From assembly GCA_964247055.1 (NCBI GenBank), contig OZ176056.1, forward strand, positions 8,184,001 through 8,248,000: DNA of 64,000 nucleotides, written 5' to 3'. Positions within the stretch are counted from its first letter, which is position 1. Each line of letters starts with the position of its first letter. The notes below the pieces were generated by a model. It was not told where the DNA came from, made no database searches, and saw nothing but the letters and a program-made list of their open reading frames with translations. Shown one piece after another: positions 1-11,600 of the stretch. The translations under genes were made by a program, and so were the position numbers. The stretch comes from Paragordius varius (Eukaryota > Animalia > Nematomorpha).

Positions 1-389
1 TTTGAGCTAAAACCGAAAGGTAAAAATTTCGTCAACGTGACATGTGTCAAATTTTAAAATTAAAAAATAATACAAAATAAACCTCTTTTTCTATTTCTAT
101 CAATGTAAGATGTAATTTATATAAAAAATTAGCCTCAATTTTAATCTTAAAATTAAATGAAAACGATATTTTGCAAAAATTTTGTAAAATAAAAATGGCG
201 TCGAAGTAGTTCGAGATGGAACTTTTTTTTCAAAACAAAATTTTATCAAGATATTTTGGCATATTTATATAATATTTATCAGGATAGAAGCATAAATTTA
301 AATTGGGACCATTTCCTTCAGTAGTTTTTTAAAAATTTTAATTTAAATTTAGTCTGGTGTATTTAGATACCCCAATTTGAATCGAAGTG
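1..389 (+). mobile_element. piggyBac-like TTAA MITE, right part (cut by window start)
   Basis: Ends GAATCGAAGTG followed by TTAA (390-393). Colinear with the complete copies at 36013-36574 and 37886-38431. Confidence 0.7.
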
Positions 390-429
390 TTAATTTTAAG
401 AGTATAATTAAAGCAAATTTTTAATTTTA

Positions 430-723
430 ATTATATCTAACATTGATAGATAAAAAGTGGTTTATTATGTATTATTCTTCAATTTTATCGTTGCACACAT
501 ATCACGTTGACTAAATTTTTACCTTTAGGTTTTACTTAAAATATAGGAAATCAAGTATTGCTGAATAATTTTTTATATATTTCGTTTATTAATGCTATAT
601 AAGTGCAACATTTTGCCATGGTCTTGATACCTTCCATATTTTTCAAAGAATTTAAATTTTAACTGTGGTCCAACTACCCCATTTTGAATTAAAAGACTAA
701 AATAAATGTGTTGTATCCAAGTG
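430..723 (-). mobile_element. piggyBac-like TTAA MITE, partial inverted copy
   Basis: Reverse complement of the left half of the family. Ends GTATCCAAGTG followed by TTAA (724-727). Inner boundary approximate. Confidence 0.6.
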
Positions 724-2084
724 TTAAACTAATATTTATAAAAGGTGTGCCAACTTTGCTTATGTTTAGATAAAACGGATCATATCTAATTTAAAGTAAT
801 TACGTCGACAGTCATAAAAGTCTAATAAGCCCTAAGTTGCGTTCCACCCTAGGTTAAAATGTTTTAAAAATAAGAGTCCTTAAAATTAGTTTTATTTCGA
901 AAAAATGTGTGGGTCCAAACTCTTTGAACATTAATTTTTATTGTTTTATAAATGCGCTAATAGTGACTAAGACTTTTTTAAATTAAGTTTAGCCCATACT
1001 TCTATAAATTTGGGTTTTTGGAAGAATTGTTGGCTTCAAAACACTATGTGCGTACAGCCTATTTCATCAAAACAATTTATTAGTTTTGCAAAGCCGAAGT
1101 GACTAAGATTTGAAATCGGCCCTTTATTTTAGCCCCACTTGGTGTGAAAATAAAGTTATTATAATATTTTATTAATGGTGAATCATTTCAAAAAACATGC
1201 AGGTTAATGTAAATTCAAAAATAGCTCAGTTTTATTAGAATGCGAGAAGGTGAAATAACCATTTTATTAATCCTCTGTCCAGTCTACCCGTGTACAAATA
1301 GTTTTTTTAGCAAATATTGATTTTAGGCACGTTTTCGAAACATGTATTGCCTATCGCTAATGGGTAAAAAAGTAGGTAATAGTTTAAATTTTAGTACAAT
1401 CGGTTGGCCTCTCCGAACCTTAAGTTCTGTATTTTCTCTTTCTCAACTATGGTCAGAACTATATTCTATATATTATATATGCATACGAATTCTTAAACCC
1501 GTTTTTTATGTACACTGTTTAAAAATTTATCATAAAGCCACCTATTGCTTGATTGAAGTACTATCACTTTTAATAATGTTAGACTAATAATCTCCATATA
1601 TATTTTAATTACATGATGGTCGTATTCTATCAGAAGTCTTCTTTGTCTTTAAGGCATTTGTTTGTAGGAATAGAACAATAAGCAAAGACAGGTGCCGGGA
1701 ACTCCGTCAACTCGGCGGCCATAACCTTTACTGCCCCCCATAAAACCATATTAAATTAAAAAAATACATTTTGAGCTGATATTGATTAGATAATGCTGTT
1801 AGATCTATATCTTATGCACTTGCTTAATTATTCATAAATTATTTATATACTTAATTTCTATTCTAAAATATTACCTATTTTTTTATAATTTAAAATCGTA
1901 ATATCATTTGAATACATTCAGCCTGTCAGAGTCGCTTTAGTCCCTCTACTTAGCTGCTAAATCACGTTATCTGCAAAATATTAAAAAAAAGTTATCGATT
2001 TTAGTTATATCAGGCTTAAAAATATTGCTGAGCGATTTTAGATCTGTAAATGCGCCTGTAGGTTAGGTTTGATCATTTCACCCA

Positions 2085-2155
2085 TTTTCTCTATTTACTG
2101 CAAAATTTTCACGGAATAAAAGACAAGCTACTGTGGAGCGTGACGGGGCAGCTAG
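2085..2155 (+). mobile_element. Helitron-like 3' terminus
   Basis: CTCTATTTACTGCAAA ... GCGTGACGGGGCAGCTAG followed by T. The same motifs recur at 49540-49614. A GC-rich stretch plus CTAG before a T is the Helitron 3' signature. The 5' end was not found. Confidence 0.45.
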
Positions 2156-4683
2156 TTTTACATAATTAAATTTCTAACAAATTTTAAAAATTCTTAGGTC
2201 CCCCATAATTATTTAAATATAAAAAATTTAATAATTTATAAATTGTTTTTCTACCGTTTTAACCGTCCTTTAAAATAGAATAAATATGATATAAGGTTTA
2301 ATGCTAAAATTTATTTTTGAGCAAGTGTGTATTTTTAATGAAAAATTTTTTTGATGCCATAAAATAACAGATATCTAAAAAAATCGTGATATCTCGGCAT
2401 TTTTACGTTTATTTTAAGAATACTAGCCCATTTTGTAAAGGGCAAAAATATGAAACCTTCGAGCTTATCCTAATAAAAAATATTTTTTAGCTTTCTAAAT
2501 AATATCTTTTGGAATGAATTTAGTTTGCAAAAAATATAAAGCATAATTTTTATGAATTTGGCGATTTTCGGTATGGAGCAGTAATCCATAAGTCCTAACT
2601 TTCTTAAATTACTAAGGCCCAAAATCAAAAGTTTGGAGGATACATTTGTCATGCGGCCCCACGATTTTATGCACATGTGATTAAAATATATTTAAAATTA
2701 ATTATCTGCTCTAAAATTCTGAAATTTTGGAATTACCCTAAAGATAGTCTATACCAAAACGGTCGAGATTGCGCGATAAAATTTTTAATATTGCGCAAAT
2801 TACATCAAAAAAATATTTAATATGCACACTCTGCTTAAATATTTTATTAGCGTATTTTGTATTTTGACGTATATTGAAAAGAGTATAAAACCGTTTTAAA
2901 ACATTATAGACTTCCCTCTAGACTTGATGAGGCTGCATATATCTATCACACCTCGAAATATTTATTAAATGATTTCGTCTTCAGATATATTTTGATATAA
3001 ACTGTGTTTATTATAAAAATCCACCTAAAAAACCCAGCGCCTCGTTAATAGGTGATAGTAGATTAGCATCATAGAATTAATATAGAAAATGCACATTACA
3101 GTGTTCTGTTTCACTTAAATATATGCCATAAAAAATGCTTCAGCAAGATTTTACCAAGAATTTTTTCACAAAGTATGCATTTTTTAATTAAATATATATT
3201 GTGCTAACATCTACTATTTTCGGTTTAAGCTGATTTATTTAAAAAAGTGTACACTTTTGTGGTATTTGCTCTGAATATCGAAAATATAACAAAATCACAT
3301 AATATTCTAAATAATTTTTTTGTGAAAGCTAAAAAAACATTATTATACACTGCGTCCAAAATAAAAAAAATTTTTGAATGCTTAAATTTTTTTCTAAATA
3401 TGATACGCTATATTCATAGTAAAACAATATTTTTTCAATTTTCTAAATATTAGAAAGTTTAATATACGCTATATGGCAAAAACATATTATTTCGTTCAAA
3501 TTATGTTGCAAAATTTTTTTTTTTAAAAAAAAACTTTTTTTGGTTGAAAATTTGTTTAAATTTTATCGCCTATCGCGGTTTATTTGAAGAGAAGTTGCCT
3601 ATTTCGGGCAGGTCTAAAAATTTGACACTCTCGGAGCCTATATCTGAAATTTTATAAAAATGTTGTTTTGCTTTTAATATGTGGTTTAATATTTTATACC
3701 TGATTTTTGGAATGCTATTCCCTTAAAAAATTATTTAACATTAAGTCAAATTTTGCCATTTTTGGGTATTGGCCATTTACCATACATATATTTATTTGAC
3801 ATTTTATATAAAAATTATACAAAAGCAAGTACATTAATTATAATATCTTTCAATTTATAGATGCGAACCCCGAAAGTTTCATTGGATACCTCTCAAAAAT
3901 ACAAGTTTTCTTAAAAGAAAACCAAAATTTTTCTAGATGGCGCGATAAACTTTATCCATATTTGGGAAATTACAAATATTTTTTTAAAAATTGCATAGTA
4001 TATAAACAATTTACAGGAAAAATTTAGTGTTACAAATTTTGGAATTTCGGAGCATGGTGGAGAAACGGAATAAGATTATGAGATCATAAATACATTTTTT
4101 TTATATTTCAATGAAGCGCTTATAGGTATATTTAAATTCTTTTTAGGGTAACTTTGTTTTAAATGGCGCAAAATCTGAAAAAATATATAATTTTATATCA
4201 ATTTTATTTTGATGTTTATATACTAATATATATTAAAAAATGCAAAAACACAATTTACTTAGAAATTTTGTGAATAAATCTTTGAATGGATATATTGTAA
4301 AATCTTTTAATAAATTAAAATTTTTATACATACTAATGCTATATAAAACAGAAAAGTTAAATAACATTAATCAGTAATAGATATTTAATTCTAATTGATA
4401 TATCATTATATTCTTCAACATAAATTAGTTGAGGTTTAATGGGTAAATAGGTTATTTTATAGAAACACACTCATATCCTTTGAAAAATTGATTATATCAT
4501 TAAAAAAATGGCAAAATACTGCTGAACGAAAAATGAAATAATGATAAAAGTGTGCATTTGTTTTATATTAAACGTTTTAATATATTTAATGTCAATCGTG
4601 TCAATTGATTGTGAAAATTCTCAAGTGCCCTATACTGACCATAAAATAAAGGTAGAATTTTAAATAATACATTTACATTTAAA

Positions 4684-5769
4684 ATGTTATTAACTTTTAA
4701 TTATTTTATAATTTTATTTGCCATATCAAGCTCAAATTGGTTGGACGCCACAAAAGCTGATAAAAATTCTAAAAATTTATTTCTAAATAATGACGGAAAA
4801 GCGACCCACTTACGGATTCTTCACTCTGGTATGTACCTTTTTATACTAATTCTAAGTAATTTTAAAAAAGTTTCTTTAAAAATTTGTTTAAATGTATAGG
4901 CCGAAAAACGCGACATATAACAAAAACTTATGTTCCTGGCTTACCAGAAGAGTGCCTTCAAGGATCATCGCCGCCTACCCAAGATCAATGGATATCTTAT
5001 ATAAGCAGTCTACTTTTTCGTATTAAGCAATCGATTATCACCACTGAAATGGCTGTTAATAAAATGGTTACCTAAAAATTTATTTCAATTATTTTTTATC
5101 ACATAAACTTTAATTATAAAAGTTTAAAATTAAATTCCTCATTTAGGATAAAGAAATGAGAATCAAGCAATATATGTCCACTTATAAAGTGATGCCAATG
5201 GACAAGATATTTTATTACATGAACAACAAACCTAAAACCGTAAGTATCTAGTTTAATATAATTTTATTTTTATTCCAAATTAAATAAACTTTTTCATTTG
5301 GTATTAGAGTAATGAAATGCTTTGTGCCATATTACGAACTCTTATGACGCTTAGAAATTTGTGGCAGGTTAGTCGAATGCCTGTAAAAAATGAAACTCCG
5401 TTACTAAAAGTCACCTCAGTCAATACAACTCAGCCAAATAGTAAGCAACCTTTGCAAAACAAAAGCCGGGCCAAGAAATTTGAAGTGATAGAAGAAAATA
5501 TGCCGCCATACTTTTCTCAAATGAAGGATAGCTTTATCTATGAGTTACATCAAACGTTTGTCGATTTAACTCACATTATATGCCATATGAAACGGGGTAT
5601 AAGCGGGCCCCTTCCAATGCTAAGCTCAAAAAAGTTCCATTCTTCCCTCCTTCCTTACGCTCACATTGAACAAGTTAGTCAAACTTCCATTCGTGATATC
5701 TTACTAATGTACCGATATCTGCAGTTGCTAAAATTTATTTTTACACAAATAACAGGTGTTAAAATATGA
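4684..5769 (+). CDS. Secreted 288-aa helical protein, putative Unpaired/IL-6-like four-helix cytokine (4 exons)
   Basis: Exons 4684-4828, 4900-5066, 5147-5239 and 5308-5769 are joined by GT-AG introns of 71, 80 and 68 nt with matching phases (1,0,0). The N-terminus is hydrophobic (MLLTFNYFIILFAISSS). The C-terminus reads LTHIICHMKRG...HSSLLP...IRDILLMYRYLQLLKFIF. The gene model is solid; the family assignment is inference. Confidence 0.8.
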
Positions 5770-6156
5770 ATTGCAGTATTGCTCATCAAAAACGCATTTT
5801 CATTATGTAAATATACTCGGATTTTTAATAAATGAGAATATTTTATTATTACAATCTCTTGTAATTCCGGACTCTTTGAAAATATTTTAAAAAGGTATTA
5901 GTGGCGGATAGTGGTAATTAGCAATATGTTTAACAAAAACATGTTAGTTTATTTTATATCTCAGCGTTTTAAAGCAATACAATCATCATGTGTAGATTTG
6001 ACAGATTCAAAATTAATTACAGTAAAAAATGAAATTATGCGGACAAAACGTAAAAATATAAAAATATTTTTCTAAAAAACAACCATACTTTTTGAATTAT
6101 GATATATTTCAATATAACTCATTTTTTTAAATGGCAAAGCATAAACAAGAGATATA

Positions 6157-7325
6157 CACTGTGTACAAAAAAAGAAGGTAATTTTTTTTTTCATGAGATA
6201 GCTTATGACCAGCGTATTTATTTGCCGTAAAATTTTTTTTTTGTTGACAACCTAGTTTTTGAAATATTGAGAGAGAATCGAAATTGGGCAAAGTGATTAA
6301 GGATAATGTAAAAAATAATGAAAATTTGACATATTATGGTTTATTATCATTTTAGGATATATTTTCAATATATAAATAGCCTAAAATCATATAATTAAGG
6401 TTTCTATAAAATTACAGCTCCAAAGATAGCGTTAACACACTTAAAAGACAAAAAAATTTAATGACTTTGTATTATAATAATTTTTTTTATTTATTACCTA
6501 ACCCCACTATTAAAATCTTAACTTTCATATTTTATTCAGTAAAAAAACTTATATATCAAAATAAAACCAAAAATATTGATTTTTATTTTTGCATTTTTTT
6601 GTCATATGGTTTATGAGTGTATAAAAAATTTATACTGTTTTATTTTGGAACTTATATGAGTAAGAATTATTATGTATATGCAAAAGATAGTGGAATATCT
6701 ATCAACAATCCGTACAAATCCCAATAAAAAATTGATTTGTCTTAAAACAGACTTGTTACAGGGATTTGTAAGGATTGTAGATTGATATTCCACTACTTTT
6801 GAATCCTATTTTGTATAAATTTTCCCACTCATGTAACTTCCAAGATAAAACAGTATAAATTTTTTATACACTCATAAACCAGAAGACAAAAAATGCAAAA
6901 ATAAAAATCACTATTTTGGTTTATTTTGATATATAAGTTTTTTTACTGATGTAAATGTGAATGTTAAGATTTTAATAGTGGTTTAGGTAGTAAATATTTA
7001 AAAAAAATTATTCTAATATAATATTTTTTTGTCTTTTAAGTGTGTTAAAAGAATAACGCCATCTTTTGAGCTGTAATTTTATAGAAACCCTAATATGATT
7101 TAAGGCTATTTATATATTAAATATATCCTAAAATTATATTAAACCATAATATCCCAATTTTATCTTTTCGAATACCCTTAATTATCCATAATTTTCACTT
7201 TTTGCCCAATTTTGATTTTCTTTTAATATTTCAAAAACTAGGTTGTCCACAAATAAACATTTTTACGGCAAATGAATACGCTGGTCATAAGCTATCTCAT
7301 GAAAAAAAATTTTTTGCACACAGTG
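6157..7325. mobile_element. Foldback DNA element with CACTG termini (CMC/EnSpm-like, non-autonomous)
   Basis: Starts CACTGTG and ends CACAGTG, with ATA on both sides (3-bp TSD candidate). Arms of about 550 bp are imperfect reverse complements around a centre near 6750. Confidence 0.75.
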
Positions 7326-8659
7326 ATATATTATCAACACAATCATTTCTATATTTTACAATTACAACTAAATAGCTTATATAAGAAAAAATAAGGTTTT
7401 AAGTATGGTTGTCTTTTAGAAAAAAAAATTGTCTTTATATTTTTACATTTAGTCTGTTTTTCAATTTTTACTGTAAATACCCTTATAATGTTTCAAAAAA
7501 ATTTACTAAAGGAGTATAAATTTTATTATTGATATGATTAAATCCTTTAACTTTTGATACGTTATAAAGAAGATTGTTAAACACATTACAACTAACCGCC
7601 AAAACTAATTATAGATATTTAAGATTATATAATTTATTTTCGTTTTAGTTACTCTTTTTAATAAATGTTTCATGTTGAATCCAAAATTATGCTATGAAAA
7701 ACCAAGAATAACCGTTTCTAGCTCAACAAAGGATCGTTTTTATAGCGGTTTTTTCTTTGTAAGCTGTGAAATATTAGGAATGAATATGAAAATATTTAGT
7801 CCGTAATTTTTAATAAAAGAACGCACTATAATTAACATTTTCTGATATTGGGATCTACACATAATCCAAAATATTTTAATTTTATAAAGTATCAAGACTT
7901 GATGGTGCGTTCTGTTTTAAGGTTTACGAACCATTTTAAAAGTTATGTGACTTTTTTTTATTTTTCGAAATCATATGATCAAAAATTTAGCGCATAATAT
8001 CCAAATAATTTTTTGATAGTAAATTCTTCAATCCGAAATATTTTGTTATAAAACTTTCTAGTCCAATAATTGCCACTTTTACGCCAGAATAGAGCGATAA
8101 AATTATTTTAAATCACAATCAAATCTAATTCATTAATTCGAAATAAAATACCGTTTAAAAATTAAATGTGATATTCAGTTATTGGTGCATTTAATTTTTT
8201 ATAATAGCATACATAAAAATTAAACTTTGGACATTATAAAATTTATGCGTTTTTGTTAAATTTTAAAATATGTGAAATTTTACAATATACAAACATTTTG
8301 TGTTTCTTAAATTTTTGAGCATTCTTCAAAAAAGTACTTTGAATAATATGCGTTAAAATTGCGATTTCGATTACCAAATGTTATTATTTTTCATTTCTTC
8401 TGTAAGAAGAATTTTTATTCATAAAATAATATATATAGAAAGTTATTTTAACCCAATTTTCACTTGTGGGAGGATTCTAATTTATAGTTTAAATGAATTT
8501 TTCTAAAAACATATATTTAAGAAAATTATACTTGATGACAATTTTATCCCTTTTACATACTGCTTTTTTTATTATCACATATAATGGGAAAAAAATCAAA
8601 ATTTTATTTATTTAATTTTATAATTTATTAATTAAATAAACACCAAAATAATGTCCATA

Positions 8660-11600
8660 TCATCTTTCATCTACATTAATTTCTCCTTGTTCCTCTATAT
8701 TAAAAGATCTCTAAATAAATAACTTGTTCAATGATTGGGAAATAAAATTCTTACCCAAAACATTCAAGACTATTTAAATTTATGATATGTCAAGTTAAAT
8801 TGATAATTACAATCATTAGTTTCCAATGCATCTAGACATATAAAGATATATATTCTTCAAAAAATGCCTGATATATATGATTAGCTTTATTTATAGTTAG
8901 GGAATTTTTGACGAAATGATCCAAAATACATCAAATTATTTTTTTACATATAAATTAACTATTTAAACCTTGACTTCATATAGCTAAAATTGATTCTTAA
9001 AACTAATCCTTGCATTAATTAAATTTCCGTAAAATATTTAGTTAATTACTGATTACATTTTCATTTTTTATACGAAATGACATCTTGGGGTACAGAGCCT
9101 AAAGTGATAAACAAGTTACTGTGAAAGTTGTTATGATGAAAATTTATTATGAAACTCTCTTCTCCTGTATTAGATAAACACTTAAAATATTTACAGTTTT
9201 TTTTCTATAATGCCGAATTCGCTAGCTCTATACATTTACAACTGTGCATTAAAGTTGACGATAATCAAAAATTTGTTTCAATTTCCAAAGCTGATTTTAT
9301 ACATTTTTTGCCTGTGTTATACATGATATAAAAAAATGGCGGCGGAAAAGTTTGAGATGAGGATTTTTGTACAATTTTACATTTATTTCAAAAAAATTAT
9401 CATGCACCTCAAGGCATAATATAAATTTGGCCTGGCCAAATGCTAAAAGTATTTTTTATGATATTTTAATTTCAGACGGTCCTCAAGTATAAACATAAAA
9501 TGTCATAACAAAATTTTTATCTTCCAAAAATAGGAAATTTTTGATTATTTTGAATTTCATAAACAGGGAGCAAATTTAGTGGGTCGAAAATGTGGATTTT
9601 GTCATTTTCCTTTAAGATTAATGAAAATCTTTTTAAAATTGGTGGTTCGCTTTGCGCATAATGATAAAACCAAAAAGTCAATTAAAAAACTATATTTTAT
9701 GAATCATTATGACTATTCTAACTAAATCTACATATGCATTACCAAGATTTAAAAAAAATATATGGACGTTTGATATAAAAATTTACGCTTTTATGTAATT
9801 ATATATGATAAATTAGAAAAAGTAAATCACATTCTGTTTCAAATTCGTAAATTTTCGGTACATGGAAAAAAGCAATTCAACAATATTGTAAATAGTATAT
9901 GTTCAAGCAATAACTTTAAAAATTAAATTAAACTAACTTTGGACAGCACTAGCAACCTCTAAAATTAGATATTAAAACCGTAAATTTTTATATATAATTT
10001 GTCAAAAAAGAGTTTTACCTACTATTTCCTCGTCAGGTGCTAAAATATAAGGTAAAATAAAATATTGAAAATTCACATTGGTAGCGATTAAATAGGAGAA
10101 GCACAAAATATTGTCCCTTGAAAATATGTTTAAATAATGGTATGTAAGCTAGGTTTTTTATATGGCTTAAAGGTTCAAATATCTTAAAATATTAGTTCAG
10201 AAAATTTCGTATCTTACTTTTTACCTTAAATGTTACTCAATTTTAATTTTTTCACCGCTGGCGATTAAAATTTTAACTCTTTTTTATTCACATTCAACCG
10301 TATTATTACAATAAAAATTACTTTTGTAAAAGATTTGTGATTATAATGCTTTTTTTACAAGTTTAGTTTTTACATAAAAATATGTGAACAATAAATTTTA
10401 AAATTATATGTTTATGTATTCTGAGTAGGGTGGTTAAGTATTACCAGTTTTATATGTATTTTCAATGTAACTGTAACCACTTTTAAAAATAACCAAAAGT
10501 TTTTTTAACATATGTTAATCAGGTAATATAAATATATTGGTACAAAATTATAGTAATGTAAATAAATAATTAGTTAACAATTAGTAGTATGAAATTTAGT
10601 TACCATAAGATTTTATATATTAAAATAGATTTAAAAGCACATAACTTAATTTGGATTGTTGATATATAACAGGTATGTCCATAATCACTTCATTTTTAAA
10701 GACAGTCAGACCGGTTTTTTTTATTAAATTTAAACCTAAAAATTGATTTTTAAATTAATTACTGATGGTCAGCCTAAAAATTGATTTTTAATTTCATTAC
10801 TGATATAAGTTAGTAACAAGTATTATAGTTTTAAAAACGATTATCTATAACTATAATAATTTAGAAAACAGATCCCATTTTTGTAACCCACAATGCAATT
10901 CAAAAATCAATGGTATTCTAAATGGAGTGAAAATATTTTTTAATCATATTATACCTTTCACATGTATTGAATCCTCTAATATTTTAAAATGTTATCCAAT
11001 AAATAATGCACAAACCTGCCACTCTTTGATTCAATACTTAAAAGTTTTTTAGAATAAAATCGAACCTTCTATTTTTTCTTCCATTTCTAAATAGAATTTT
11101 ACTAAGTATATTACCTTCTATATAATCCTTTAGATCTTACATGATTCTGTATTTAAATTACTTGTAAGCTGTTGTCTTAAAGCTATAATAATCAATTTTA
11201 TCAAAACTAAATAAAGTTACCACTCAATACATCTGGTAATTATGAAATGTAAATAAACTTGATTGCTTCAAATCTAATCGATAAAAAAATAAAATAGAGT
11301 TATTTTTCAAATTAATATAAGCACTTTGCCATTTAATTTTATTGATATCAATATTAAAATCATTATATGAATTTTAAAAACGATTCTTAGGTTATGTTTT
11401 AGCTGACATTTATGAGTGAATTTATTTTATAAATTCCAAAACACACAAAGTACACCTAAAATTTTAATATAATACAGTATATATAATAAATAATAAAATT
11501 AGACCAACACATTATAAAAGTTACATTCAAATTTATTTAAAATACACTCATAGTTTTTGACAGTTGTTTATTTATTTCTAACTCAATGGTAACCTTTAAG

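Noticed and set aside
2920-2960. TTGATGAGG...CCTCGAAA hammerhead-like string
   Set aside because: The core lacks CUGA, helix II is out of register, and there are no flanking helices.
1342-3453. Short 60-95 aa ORFs here and elsewhere (e.g. 6611, 9149, 19127, 23170, 35870, 38591, 40441, 50780, 59516, 60160)
   Set aside because: They have F/I/K/N/L-rich composition typical of random AT-rich DNA, many overlap MITEs, and they show no motifs or splice support.
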